Below the pieces are notes generated by a model. That model was given only the letters and a program-made list of their open reading frames with translations. It made no database searches and was not told the origin of the DNA. A DNA stretch of 64,000 nt, from the UHGV virus genome UHGV-0214148. One strand, 5' to 3'. Below, piece by piece: positions 18,732 through 28,339 of this stretch. The DNA comes from a virus. Both the position numbers and the translations under genes were made by a program. Each line of letters starts with the position of its first letter. The first letter of the stretch is position 1.

Positions 18732-20903
18732 GTGGACGCTAGAACAGCTAACGACTCAAGCTGGGTCAAAAGCCTCTTTAACGGCGTGTTGGATGGCCGA
18801 GATGAACGTTTCCTGGCCTTGCGACGCTACTCCAACGGTATGTTATCGTTCGAGGACACCACGTTAGGTGGCAGTAAAGCGATTAACACACCACCCCAAT
18901 TTACATGGTTTGCAGATCCGCCCTCGACTGGCGCATTTGCACAACCTGACAACCCGAGGGCCGAAACCAAAACATTCTCCAATAATCGAGAAACAGGTTC
19001 GTATAAACTCGGTACTTATTTCTACGAAAGCATTAATCAGAATTCGTTTTATGTTCACTGTCGGTTCGGTAAACCGAAATATCTGGGTATGGCCGCATTC
19101 TTTGCGAACATGTACGACTCCAACCTAGCGTACTTGGCCCGTACTGGTGACTATCCAGGTATGATGAGAACGATGGTTTCGTATTTAGGTGCAGCCGCAA
19201 TATGGGCCACTGTAGGTACCGTTGCTTTTGCGGTTATTCTCATCACGCCACGAATTCTAAAAGCGGTGTTGAACAAACAAACATCGCGTTACTATTACGT
19301 CAAGCCAACGATGCATTTGTATTTGCGTGCTGTGCAAAACATTCTAAATACGCAACTTATTTATCGTCGTTTGGTTCCCACAGGCGTGCTCGGTAATTTC
19401 AAACTACAAGAAAATACCGACGATGGCACAAATTCATACAGTAATGATAAACAAGACTGGTATGCTTCGTTGCCTACTATCTGGAAAGATAACGGGGAGT
19501 TTGACGTTTATCGAATGATAAACCGCTATCAAACGTTAGCGAATTATCAGACCAAAGCCATAGAGCAAATGCGTGTTGAAAGCGGTGGAGATGAAGAAGC
19601 ATTTGCAAGAAAACTACGTGCGTTTTATAACGAAGGGATGTACTCCAAACGTGTTATCAATGATGCGGGTAGTTTCGAAGTTTCGTTGCATGACTTAGAA
19701 ATGGTCGCTCAAAAAGACAACGCTTATAAAGCGCCTTTTGAAGATATTAACGATCAAGAGTCTATGTTGGTTGAAGGGATCACTGGCACACTAACCGCTG
19801 GCGGTACCGCAGATGAAATTGATGCGAACACAAAGAAACTTCGAGAATCAATGGCAGCAAACATGGCTGCTGCGGAAAAAGCTGAAAGCGAAATCGGCGG
19901 TGAGGAAGTCCCTGATATAGCCAAGATACAAGAATGGGCAGATGCGGGTTCTAAAGAAAATGTAGGTACCTTCTTTAAAGATTTCGTCGAAATGGGTAAA
20001 AACTATATCGACGGTATTAAGGAAAATGCGCTTTCTGAAATCCGTAATGGTTCGCAATGGGTATCGTGGCGTATCGATGCTAAAGACACGGTTTCTCGTT
20101 CGTTCTCTAACTCCACTAAAGAGCCAGAGATTTCTGGTACCGTTAACTCGTTAACCGCGAAAGCACGTTCGTTAGAAGTCAACTTATCCGGTGGTCAAAC
20201 GGGTTTCAGCGCTGTAGATGCTTTAGTTTCCGGGATTAAGTCCGCGATGCGTGGCGTTGCCGACACCTTACATTTGACAGGGATCATGTCGTTGTACAAT
20301 TCTTCGGTAATTGACTTTCCAGAAGTGTGGGACAGTTCGGATGCGTCGGGTGATGACATTACGTTAACGATACCGTTACGCTGTTGGTCTGGCAACGATT
20401 TGGATATCTTCCAAGACTTGCTCGTTCCACTGTCATTCTGGATCGCTGCGGTTTGTCCGCTGGCTACAGGTAAACAATCTTTTACTCACCCGTTCTATTT
20501 AGAGTGTTACTCACAAGGACGCTTTTCTTTCCGTAATGCGATGGTGACGTCAATGTCATTGCAATTCGGTGTGGGTGGTTTAGGTTGGCGGCCAGGTGAT
20601 TCCGTTCCGCTGTCTTGCGATATCTCTGTTACTATTCGTGATTTGACTCGCGTTATGTACATGCCCATTGTTACCGACACAGGTGTGTGGGATGACGATA
20701 ATAAATTCAGTGAATTTATGGCGTGTTTAGGTGGTGCTACGTTGTACGAGCGTACTAACGGTATTGCGCGTGCCAAGATTAATGCGAGCATCTGGGCACA
20801 AAACTGGGCATCCGCGTGGTCACAGGGTAGTTTTATTAACTCTGCACTGGATGTTATCCCAGCACGCCAGATCGCGAACATCTTCTTGCCGCAAGCACGT
20901 TAA
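18732..20903 (+). CDS. hypothetical protein (possibly virion-associated)
   Basis: 723-aa ORF directly downstream of the giant gene on the same strand; one hydrophobic segment (AIWATVGTVAFAVILI). Confidence 0.6.
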   Translation: MDARTANDSSWVKSLFNGVLDGRDERFLALRRYSNGMLSFEDTTLGGSKAINTPPQFTWFADPPSTGAFAQPDNPRAETKTFSNNRETGSYKLGTYFYESINQNSFYVHCRFGKPKYLGMAAFFANMYDSNLAYLARTGDYPGMMRTMVSYLGAAAIWATVGTVAFAVILITPRILKAVLNKQTSRYYYVKPTMHLYLRAVQNILNTQLIYRRLVPTGVLGNFKLQENTDDGTNSYSNDKQDWYASLPTIWKDNGEFDVYRMINRYQTLANYQTKAIEQMRVESGGDEEAFARKLRAFYNEGMYSKRVINDAGSFEVSLHDLEMVAQKDNAYKAPFEDINDQESMLVEGITGTLTAGGTADEIDANTKKLRESMAANMAAAEKAESEIGGEEVPDIAKIQEWADAGSKENVGTFFKDFVEMGKNYIDGIKENALSEIRNGSQWVSWRIDAKDTVSRSFSNSTKEPEISGTVNSLTAKARSLEVNLSGGQTGFSAVDALVSGIKSAMRGVADTLHLTGIMSLYNSSVIDFPEVWDSSDASGDDITLTIPLRCWSGNDLDIFQDLLVPLSFWIAAVCPLATGKQSFTHPFYLECYSQGRFSFRNAMVTSMSLQFGVGGLGWRPGDSVPLSCDISVTIRDLTRVMYMPIVTDTGVWDDDNKFSEFMACLGGATLYERTNGIARAKINASIWAQNWASAWSQGSFINSALDVIPARQIANIFLPQAR

Positions 20904-20919
20904 TGTTTGAGAGGAAATA

Positions 20920-21483
20920 ATGGCTAATACGCTATTAGGTAAATCAGGAAAACAACTGGTTTATGAGTTATTAGTAAAAAAGAATCCTGGTTTGGTAGAG
21001 AAAGGTATTACAATCGATAAGTTGAATTTTGGTACACCGTCACATATTCCTGCGGTAGAAACACCAGAAACTCAATTTACACGATTAAATACCCAACTTA
21101 GCGTCCAGGGAATTATTGAACAGAAAACGTTTGGTAAAATTGACGTTATTTATCGTCGTTTGGATTTAGAGCACCTCTTAGGTGATTTTGTAGTTTCTGT
21201 TGCGGGTGTTAATGCGGCTACGGTATCTGAGGTACTACAGCTTTTCCGCAATAAGTACAATTTACAGATTACTGACGACGAAGTTGAGAACCCAACAGCT
21301 GCACCAGACAGCAAAGATAAAACCATCATTACCATGAATGGGACGTCTTTGGCGTGGACAGGGCGGCTGGAAGTGTACTTAACAGAGCTGCCGTCCGACG
21401 GTAAGGATATTTCGAAGTTGATTAAAGTCACTGAACTTGACGGCTTGACGTATATCTCTTCTGGAATTGTTCCAGGCGCTTAA
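20920..21483 (+). CDS. hypothetical protein
   Basis: 187-aa ORF with AGGAAA-type SD; followed by a bidirectional terminator. Confidence 0.55.
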   Translation: MANTLLGKSGKQLVYELLVKKNPGLVEKGITIDKLNFGTPSHIPAVETPETQFTRLNTQLSVQGIIEQKTFGKIDVIYRRLDLEHLLGDFVVSVAGVNAATVSEVLQLFRNKYNLQITDDEVENPTAAPDSKDKTIITMNGTSLAWTGRLEVYLTELPSDGKDISKLIKVTELDGLTYISSGIVPGA

Positions 21484-21507
21484 AAAAGAAAAAAAAATAA
21501 GAAAGTC

Positions 21508-21533
21508 TACCTACCTCCTTTCGGAGGTAGGTA
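21508..21533. terminator. bidirectional terminator between convergent genes
   Basis: TACCTACCTCC / GGAGGTAGGTA stem with long A-run before and T-run after. Confidence 0.65.
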
Positions 21534-21540
21534 CTTTTAT

Positions 21541-22374
21541 TTATTTCGCCAGGTCTGCTTCTTTTACAAAGATACCGTCGGCGTTCAGATAACCTTTACG
21601 GTCTTTGATTTCGTGCCAGGCCAAAGAGAAACAATGGCGAATATCCAGTTTGTAATACAAGGCGATGCGGGCAAGATGGGCTAAACCCAGGCTAACGAAA
21701 TCGAAACCATGATCTTTGCCTTCCATAAAGGTTGTGGCAAAACTTTCAATAGCGTGAAGGTATTGTTGATGTGGGTATCCAGCGTTGTTTAAATTTTCTT
21801 CAACTTCAGCTACGTCTTCAACGTTTAAGCGTAGACCAGACTCGATGCAGTCTTCTGCCACTGTAAGGTGACCAGAATACGCATCCCCTAATTCGATGAT
21901 GTTTACCAGAACCACCAACGCATCACCAATGCCATCCATGATCAGTTCAGGTTTGTTTTTACTGATACCCGCCGCAATTTCACCTAACTCTTCAAAGAAC
22001 TTCGTGATTTGGGTTTCCAGTTTACCGTTATCGAGAATACCACGTTCTTTAGACCAACCTTTAACGAGTTTTACACATTTTGCGATCGTGCAAACTAGAA
22101 CAGATTCTGTATGCATTACCGTGCCGTTGTAAACAGCATCGGTAAGCTTAATAGGCGCTACAATCGTTTCAATATCCAGTTCTTGATTACCGGTGTGGCG
22201 TTTACCTTCTACACGAATACGGTTGGTACCAGGGTTTACACCAATTGTGTAAATGGCATCGAACTGTACTGCATTCTCATTCAGCGCGCGCAGTTGTGCG
22301 TTAACTTCTTCCAGGTGCTGACCAGGATTAACCACGATGTTGTAAATAGTGTTGATGTCAAAACGTTCGCCCAT
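21541..22374 (-). CDS. MazG-like nucleoside triphosphate pyrophosphohydrolase domain protein
   Basis: 277-aa ORF; EELGEIAAG...DGIGDALVVLVNI matches the MazG/HisE all-alpha NTP-PPase signature; extra N-terminal domain of about 120 aa. Confidence 0.5.
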   Translation of the reverse strand: MGERFDINTIYNIVVNPGQHLEEVNAQLRALNENAVQFDAIYTIGVNPGTNRIRVEGKRHTGNQELDIETIVAPIKLTDAVYNGTVMHTESVLVCTIAKCVKLVKGWSKERGILDNGKLETQITKFFEELGEIAAGISKNKPELIMDGIGDALVVLVNIIELGDAYSGHLTVAEDCIESGLRLNVEDVAEVEENLNNAGYPHQQYLHAIESFATTFMEGKDHGFDFVSLGLAHLARIALYYKLDIRHCFSLAWHEIKDRKGYLNADGIFVKEADLAK

Positions 22375-22414
22375 TTTAAAACTCCATTAGTTCAAACAAA
22401 AAGAATAAGGATTA

Positions 22415-22435
22415 GGGGTGCTACATAAGCACCCC
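22415..22435 (-). terminator. stem-loop terminator (GGGGTGCT / AGCACCCC)
   Basis: 8-bp stem preceded on plus by an A-rich tract. Confidence 0.45.
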
Positions 22436-22443
22436 AGGAACTG

Positions 22444-22587
22444 TTAAATTTTGCAAGCCCCGCCTGAGCAGTTATCGTCTTCCGTAGTTGGGTCAGCACC
22501 CTTCTCTACGGTAGCTTCCGGGTCTAACCCAGGGATTGCAAATTCATCAGTTTCTTTAACGGCTTCTACTTTAACTTCTTCAGTCAT
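22444..22587 (-). CDS. small acidic hypothetical protein (start uncertain)
   Basis: Internal ATG of track ORF 22444..22758 chosen because the longer form overlaps 22631..22813; weak SD. Confidence 0.25.
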   Translation of the reverse strand: MTEEVKVEAVKETDEFAIPGLDPEATVEKGADPTTEDDNCSGGACKI

Positions 22588-22630
22588 TTTAGTTCCCAAA
22601 TTTCTTACAAAGGGGTTAACAGTTTTGATT

Positions 22631-22813
22631 TTAAGGTTGGCGAATGTGAGACAGAAGCAGGCCCATCCGTAATGGAACTGACGCGGCCATTGCCCTTTTA
22701 TATTGCACAGTGCGTACTTTCGATTTACCAGGTCCCTTACGTACACGGTTGTAGCCAATAAAATATAGAGTACCTGTAAAGAATCTGAGGTTATGAAAAT
22801 ATGGCTTCTTCAT
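22631..22813 (-). CDS. small hypothetical protein
   Basis: 60-aa ORF; strong SD (AAGGAGGAA); ATGA overlap with stop of upstream ORF. Confidence 0.45.
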   Translation of the reverse strand: MKKPYFHNLRFFTGTLYFIGYNRVRKGPGKSKVRTVQYKRAMAASVPLRMGLLLSHIRQP

Positions 22814-22995
22814 TGTTCCTCCTTCTCGAATGGGTTAGATTCAAGGAACTTGGAATAATCAAATTGGATTACTTGGAAACGTTTACGTCCTTTACGTGGC
22901 CCTTTGCACCAGCGTGTAACAATGGTACGGAACTTCTTCGGCTCGAAATACGTTATCGTGAAATTAAGAACATCGTCTAACATATTAGCCCCCAT
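22810..22995 (-). CDS. small hypothetical protein
   Basis: 61-aa ORF with AAGGTGAA SD. Confidence 0.4.
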   Translation of the reverse strand: MGANMLDDVLNFTITYFEPKKFRTIVTRWCKGPRKGRKRFQVIQFDYSKFLESNPFEKEEQ

Positions 22996-23003
22996 AGTTC
23001 ACC

Positions 23004-23393
23004 TTAATCGGTGTGCAAAGTGAGATAATTGCTTTCAAAATCGAAAGTTTCGATTAGTTTTTGCAATTCTTCCAACGCGCGCTGTTTCCATTCATCGCGT
23101 GGAATGAGCTGATCCAATTCTTCAATATATTGTTTAAAAGCGGTGAGTTGTTCTTTATTGATTGCGAACTCACTGCTACCGCATACCGTCGTTATATTGA
23201 ATTCGGATTTAAGTTTGTTAAATGCGTTCCAACAAAACGACAGCCTTTCCGCCCACATTAATTCACCCTGATCGAATATTTCTCCGAGTATGTCGTCAAC
23301 ATGATCGACGTAATATTGGTGCTCCCAAGCCTGACGCACGGATTCTTTTACAGCGGATTTTGAGTATGAATAAACGTAGATATCGATTGACAT
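23004..23393 (-). CDS. hypothetical protein
   Basis: 129-aa ORF preceded by a 216-bp intergenic region carrying inverted repeats. Confidence 0.55.
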   Translation of the reverse strand: MSIDIYVYSYSKSAVKESVRQAWEHQYYVDHVDDILGEIFDQGELMWAERLSFCWNAFNKLKSEFNITTVCGSSEFAINKEQLTAFKQYIEELDQLIPRDEWKQRALEELQKLIETFDFESNYLTLHTD

Positions 23394-23609
23394 AACGAAT
23401 TTACTCCCTGAGTTAATTTAATCAGTAAGGTCGGATTAGAACCTTTTCGAAGTATTTATAAATAAATACCTTCTTGGTTTGATGTTTTCTTGGACCTTTC
23501 TTGATACGAGAGATCAAGATACGATCGATGTAACATTCTCTTATAACACGTCTTCTAGGAATGTAACAGGGAACCGCCTCTAATTCTTCCATACAACTAA
23601 CCCCACTGA

Positions 23610-24056
23610 TTAACCCATTAAATGTATTACGACGTCTTTAGTTACTGAGTTTGCCAGTAAGCGAAAGAACTTCATGTAACGGAAAATGCTAAAGAAAACC
23701 CCAGCGTTATCTACAATAACAAGGCTGTATTTTTCTTTTTCTGTACCCATTTGGTAACCGATGATTTGCGTGATATTCTCCGGCAAGTCTTCGAGACCCA
23801 AACGGAACAGCACATCGTCCTCTAAGAACCCTTTCGGATTAACGAATAATACCTTCCCTTTATGGTTCTTAGCTAACTCGACAGCAAAGTCTGTAAGTCC
23901 TGTCTGTCTGCCTGTACCGTAGCGGATAGTACGGAACTCAGATAAAGCTTTGGCTCCATAACGATCAGTAAACGGATTATCTTTAGAATCCAGATCAGTT
24001 AAACCTTTTGATAATTCTTCTACTACGATGTTATAGTTAACATGAGTTTTAGACAT
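23610..24056 (-). CDS. hypothetical protein
   Basis: 148-aa ORF; weak degenerate P-loop-like pattern (YGTGRQTG ... LVIVDNAG), not sufficient for a call. Confidence 0.5.
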   Translation of the reverse strand: MSKTHVNYNIVVEELSKGLTDLDSKDNPFTDRYGAKALSEFRTIRYGTGRQTGLTDFAVELAKNHKGKVLFVNPKGFLEDDVLFRLGLEDLPENITQIIGYQMGTEKEKYSLVIVDNAGVFFSIFRYMKFFRLLANSVTKDVVIHLMG

Positions 24057-24113
24057 TTTATCGTTCCTTTTAGTTTCGAGGTGGTTCAGATATAGATTGC
24101 GTGTGAAATAACT

Positions 24114-24410
24114 TTATTGAAAATCTCGTTTGGCCTTGCTGATGATTTGAGAAATTCGGCTTGGTGTCACTCCGTGTATTTCGGCCAATTTCTTGTTACT
24201 TAGGCCACCCAATTTACCAACAAGAATATTCAATACACGTAAGTCTTTTAACGTTGCCGAAATCTTCTCTAAGATTTCGATATCAGCTTGATCAAACTTA
24301 CCTTTGGCCTGCAATGCTATTCCGGCACGTTCGGTGATAGTTTTTAGTTCAGCTAATCGACTAATACCGAAAGAAGTTAACTCTGCGTACGATTTCTCAT
24401 TAATCATCAT
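24114..24410 (-). CDS. small helix-turn-helix protein (sigma region-4-like)
   Basis: 98-aa ORF; C-terminal LSNKKLAEIHGVTPSRISQIISKAKR is a typical HTH. Confidence 0.5.
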   Translation of the reverse strand: MMINEKSYAELTSFGISRLAELKTITERAGIALQAKGKFDQADIEILEKISATLKDLRVLNILVGKLGGLSNKKLAEIHGVTPSRISQIISKAKRDFQ

Positions 24411-24417
24411 GTACTCC

Positions 24418-25452
24418 TTAGACAGCTATGGGAGCTTTAATTGTGTCGTGCGATTGATATCCAATCAATTCGAAGTCTTCGTATTTGTAATCGAAGATAG
24501 AATCAGGTTTACGTTTGATAACCAGTTTAGGTAGCGGGTAAGGTTCGCGAGTAAGTTGTAGTTTTGCCTGCTCCAGATGGTTAGAATAAAGATGAACATC
24601 TACGCCACTATAAACCAACTCGTCTGGAACCATATTGAGTTGTTGAGCAATCATGTGGGTTAACAATGCGTAAGAAGCGACGTTAAACGGCGCGCCAAGT
24701 AGGTAATCGTTGCTCCGCATCATGTAAAAACACGAAAGTTTACGGCGTGGAATGCCCTCTCGATCTAAAGTTTCATGAAGTCGTTCTTCGTCATCAATAT
24801 CTTCGTGATTAATAAGTGGCGCGTTCGCAAATTTTTCCGGTTCATTTGCTTCGTACCAATCCAGTCGCTCAAGCAGTGTCATTTCCGTTGTGTAGAATTG
24901 GAAATAGTTGTGACATGGATTAAGTGCCATATCGTCCAGGTCACCTACATTCCAGGCACTAACAATAATACGACGGGAGTCAGGGTCTTCACGAAGTTGT
25001 TGGATAACTTTGCTGATCTGGTCATGTGCTTTTTCATAAACCAAATACGTTGTACCATCTTCCTTCATATTCCCAATATACTTGTAACCCCGTTGCATTA
25101 GTTGTTGTGTACGTCTTACGTCATGACACTCCACAACTTTACAGTCGCGCCATTCGCGCCATTGTTTACCATAAACTGGCCCTAAGTTCCCCTCTTCATC
25201 ACTCCATGCATTCCAAATTTTTACCCCGTTCTCTTGCAGGTACTTCACGTTAGTGTCACCGTTTAAGAACCACAACAGTTCATGAATGATACTTTTCAGG
25301 TGAACCTTTTTCGTAGTAACTAATGGAAAACCTTCTTTCAGGTCAAAACGTAGTTGACGGCCAAATACAGAAAGTGTCCCTACGCCTGTACGGTCTTTCT
25401 TGACAACACCGTTATCCAGAATGTCTTGCATTAACGCTAAATACTGTTTCAT
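24418..25452 (-). CDS. thyA: thymidylate synthase (ThyA family) with insertions
   Basis: 344-aa [27 protein letters not shown], catalytic-Cys motif [23 protein letters not shown] and C-terminal IKAPIAV closely match enterobacterial ThyA; two insertions make it about 80 aa longer. Confidence 0.9.
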   Translation of the reverse strand: MKQYLALMQDILDNGVVKKDRTGVGTLSVFGRQLRFDLKEGFPLVTTKKVHLKSIIHELLWFLNGDTNVKYLQENGVKIWNAWSDEEGNLGPVYGKQWREWRDCKVVECHDVRRTQQLMQRGYKYIGNMKEDGTTYLVYEKAHDQISKVIQQLREDPDSRRIIVSAWNVGDLDDMALNPCHNYFQFYTTEMTLLERLDWYEANEPEKFANAPLINHEDIDDEERLHETLDREGIPRRKLSCFYMMRSNDYLLGAPFNVASYALLTHMIAQQLNMVPDELVYSGVDVHLYSNHLEQAKLQLTREPYPLPKLVIKRKPDSIFDYKYEDFELIGYQSHDTIKAPIAV

Positions 25453-25769
25453 TTGTTATTATTCCCCATTCGTTTCGTTAAAATATCTAAATTACGTTGC
25501 GCTTGTTCAGGACTAAATATAATGTTTTCCTGACTATACGTTACATGGAAATGTTTTTTGTTAACAATGTCAACCTTAAGGCCACGAACTTCGAATTGCC
25601 GTTTAGCCTCTTCAACCTTTTTTGGTGAGATTCTAAGAAGACCTGGAAATAGTTCGTCTGCAGGAACGTAATATTTGATCTCCTTAGTTTCGGGAATTAA
25701 TTCGATTCTATCTAAACTGACGCTTATAATTTCGTCAATCTTTTTCTTGATATTGTCGTTCGTAACCAT
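25449..25769 (-). CDS. hypothetical protein
   Basis: 106-aa ORF; ATGA stop/start overlap with thyA. Confidence 0.55.
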   Translation of the reverse strand: MVTNDNIKKKIDEIISVSLDRIELIPETKEIKYYVPADELFPGLLRISPKKVEEAKRQFEVRGLKVDIVNKKHFHVTYSQENIIFSPEQAQRNLDILTKRMGNNNK

Positions 25770-26077
25770 CAGATTTTGTCCTTTTCGAGTTCAGTTAAAA
25801 TTTCAAATAGGTCTGCGTTGGATTGCAGTACGATTTCACTGCCTTCTGCTACAACGGTAATTGTTGGCTTCTTACCACGTAGCAAGAACTCCCAACGCAT
25901 TGTTCTTACGTGGCTGTCGAGTAACTGCTTTAATTTGTGGTTAACTTCGACTTCCAATTTGCCCAGTAACTGCGGTGTAATAGCTTCGCCTGAGTTTTTG
26001 TTATAAAGTGTACGCACTAAAGAACGTAAAGAATAACCAATGCACTGCGAAATTGCCCAACCCGAATAGTTTTCCAT
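25769..26077 (-). CDS. hypothetical protein
   Basis: 102-aa ORF, coupled. Confidence 0.5.
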   Translation of the reverse strand: MENYSGWAISQCIGYSLRSLVRTLYNKNSGEAITPQLLGKLEVEVNHKLKQLLDSHVRTMRWEFLLRGKKPTITVVAEGSEIVLQSNADLFEILTELEKDKI

Positions 26078-26078
26078 G

Positions 26079-26624
26079 TTAATCCTTCAAAATGTCTTTA
26101 AGCTTTAGTTTTGTATAGAACGGAGAACTGCTTAGTTCTTCTGTCCAACTTATACGTCCGTTTTGTAGAACCCGGTCGAAGATTAGGCCGTTCATCTTTA
26201 CAATTCTAGCCAACTGATAAAAGAGCGTCGTGAGGTGTAGTCGACGCTCCATTTGTGCGCGTGCGGTACAACTGCGTACCGCTTTGATAGTAAGTACCGC
26301 TTCCGGCATCAACGTCGCCGCGATTGTCTCAGGATGTTCGTTTTTCCATTTCTTAATGGCTAGTAGTCTGTGTAACGATTTTTCAAGGGGACGTAAATCC
26401 CCGTTATTCATCACGTAAACCAAGGCAGCAAGATCCCACAAGGCAATACCTACTGCTTTAGCAACAAACAACCCATCGTGTGTTGTCGTGGATTCACAGA
26501 CTTTGCCAATACTTCCATAAACACGTGCAGTCCATGCGTCTGTCTGTTCGCCAGGTTTTATACCCGCGTTATCCAGAAAGTGTTTAAACGCATTAACGTG
26601 ATCAGTTAACTGTATTTGTTTCAT
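26079..26624 (-). CDS. hypothetical protein
   Basis: 181-aa ORF. Confidence 0.55.
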   Translation of the reverse strand: MKQIQLTDHVNAFKHFLDNAGIKPGEQTDAWTARVYGSIGKVCESTTTHDGLFVAKAVGIALWDLAALVYVMNNGDLRPLEKSLHRLLAIKKWKNEHPETIAATLMPEAVLTIKAVRSCTARAQMERRLHLTTLFYQLARIVKMNGLIFDRVLQNGRISWTEELSSSPFYTKLKLKDILKD

Positions 26625-26638
26625 TTCCGATACCCGAT

Positions 26639-27238
26639 TTAGTCACGAGACTTTATTTTAAGGTACGCAACCGCAGCTCCCATGATTGCAATACCGGCAC
26701 CCCAACCTATCTTTTCTATCACAGTCAAATCAGACCATTTCTTCTCTTCCGTAGTAGACGGGCCTGTATTCGATGTGGAGGTTTGCGTTCTCATGCGTTC
26801 TGTTTCAACACTGTTACGTTCGATTTCGTCTTCTACCTGTTTCAACAACGCTTCGCGGTCTAGGTATTTGGCGTTTATCTCCGCTGTTCTGGCATTCATT
26901 TCTGCAGCCCTTTGACGTTTCCGTTCTTCAATTTTCCTAATCAGATCTTCTAAATAGAGCCTGGTTTCTTCCACAGCTTGTTCATAGACGTCTATGCGAT
27001 CAGGAAGAATTCTCCTGTGGTTGGATTTGTTGCGAACGGAGGCAATCATGTGTAATTTCCGTTCGTATTTTGGTTCGAGAAGATGAGCTATGCTTTCGGT
27101 CTTCTCATGAAGCCCACGACCAGTACCGCCGAGTTTTTCCACAAGTTCTTCTACAGAAATTGCAAGATCGAGAATATATCCACGCATAATTGTTTCTCCG
27201 CTTAAACGCAGTCTTGGGAGACATAAGTCTGTTCCCAA
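26639..27238 (-). CDS. membrane-anchored coiled-coil protein
   Basis: 199-aa ORF; charged helical region (EERKRQRAAEMNARTAEINAKYLDREALLKQVEDE) and C-terminal hydrophobic segment (IGWGAGIAIMGAAVAYL). Confidence 0.5.
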   Translation of the reverse strand: MGTDLCLPRLRLSGETIMRGYILDLAISVEELVEKLGGTGRGLHEKTESIAHLLEPKYERKLHMIASVRNKSNHRRILPDRIDVYEQAVEETRLYLEDLIRKIEERKRQRAAEMNARTAEINAKYLDREALLKQVEDEIERNSVETERMRTQTSTSNTGPSTTEEKKWSDLTVIEKIGWGAGIAIMGAAVAYLKIKSRD

Positions 27239-27247
27239 CTGTAAAAA

Positions 27248-27616
27248 TCATTTCAACAAAACAAGATGAATTTGGTATTCGTCATCCGCAGGAGAAGAAT
27301 AATCGCCAGTTACAGGTAACGTTATATCTTCCAGTAGAGCGTGGAAGGGTAATCCACGAGCAGCCTCAACTGTTCGTACAAGCGGAAAACCTGTTCTTTT
27401 AATCCAATTGTAATCAACAAACATAACACCGCCAGGAGTTCCCGAACCTTCCCACACACGAAATTCCACAGTCTTTCCCGAAAAGTTGGCAAGTACAGTG
27501 CGCAGTCCTAATTGCACATAACGGGGGAAGGGTACTTCAATAACTTGTTTTGGTAAAACAAATTCAGGGAATTTAAAACCGAAACCTTTGGGTGTACTAA
27601 AAAACTGAGCTTGCAT
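27248..27616 (-). CDS. hypothetical protein
   Basis: 122-aa ORF with the conserved SD context CCTAAAGGAG. Confidence 0.55.
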   Translation of the reverse strand: MQAQFFSTPKGFGFKFPEFVLPKQVIEVPFPRYVQLGLRTVLANFSGKTVEFRVWEGSGTPGGVMFVDYNWIKRTGFPLVRTVEAARGLPFHALLEDITLPVTGDYSSPADDEYQIHLVLLK

Positions 27617-27648
27617 GGTAATTCTCCTTTAGGGTAAAAAATGAAAAT

Positions 27649-27674
27649 ACCCTACTCCTAGTCAGGAGTAGGGT
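27649..27674 (-). terminator. stem-loop terminator, CCCTACTCC/GGAGTAGGG stem family
   Basis: ACCCTACTCC / GGAGTAGGGT stem; same stem as hairpins at 46993 and 47611; A-rich plus-side flank. Confidence 0.55.
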
Positions 27675-27679
27675 AGGTG

Positions 27680-28339
27680 TTACATACGGGTAACTGAATC
27701 CCAGTAATCACGAAGATATTCTTGGTCTTCAGGATCTTTTGGCGTAGCCGGAATATGGCCGTCAAACTCAAACGGAATCACAGACAGAACATCCGCAATC
27801 TCGTAACGCTCGACTTCCAGTTCAACTTTCACCCAGTCACCGACGCTGGTACCGCTACGCATCTCAGTGAGGAGATCGTTAAAGTCACCCGAAACTTCAA
27901 TTGCGGGGTGTCCGGTGGTGATACTGAAAATATCAATATCCCAATGCTTAGCACCTTTATCGGCTAATTCACCCGGTTCTAAGTGAATACGTTTCACCAG
28001 GTGCGCCAAATAACCGTCCTTGTAAAAAGAGAGTGCAGAACTAATACCGATATCCGAATTCTCTTCAACCTTTCCGTCCAGGAATTTACGCTTAAGCGTT
28101 AGCTGTGCTGTACCGTCTTCTTTAATACGGATACGGCGACGCCCACCTTCTATCGGCATGAGAATGTCCATGAACATCTTAGCAGATTGTGCGTGGAGCC
28201 AATCCCATCCCGCTTGCGTAGGTTTAACCCAGACGCAATATTCCTTTTCCACTTCGCGTTTAATGGATTCGCCCGCAACGCGAATAACCTCTTCTTCCTG
28301 CGCTTTTTCCAATTGCGCAAGGGTATCGAATAATCCCAT
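27680..28339 (-). CDS. hypothetical protein
   Basis: 219-aa ORF followed by a terminator hairpin. Confidence 0.55.
   Translation of the reverse strand: MGLFDTLAQLEKAQEEEVIRVAGESIKREVEKEYCVWVKPTQAGWDWLHAQSAKMFMDILMPIEGGRRRIRIKEDGTAQLTLKRKFLDGKVEENSDIGISSALSFYKDGYLAHLVKRIHLEPGELADKGAKHWDIDIFSITTGHPAIEVSGDFNDLLTEMRSGTSVGDWVKVELEVERYEIADVLSVIPFEFDGHIPATPKDPEDQEYLRDYWDSVTRM

Noticed and set aside
22451-22672. 73-aa plus-strand ORF in the small-gene region
   Set aside because: Antisense to two minus-strand mini-ORFs that have strong SD sites; low-complexity Ser/Val-rich translation.
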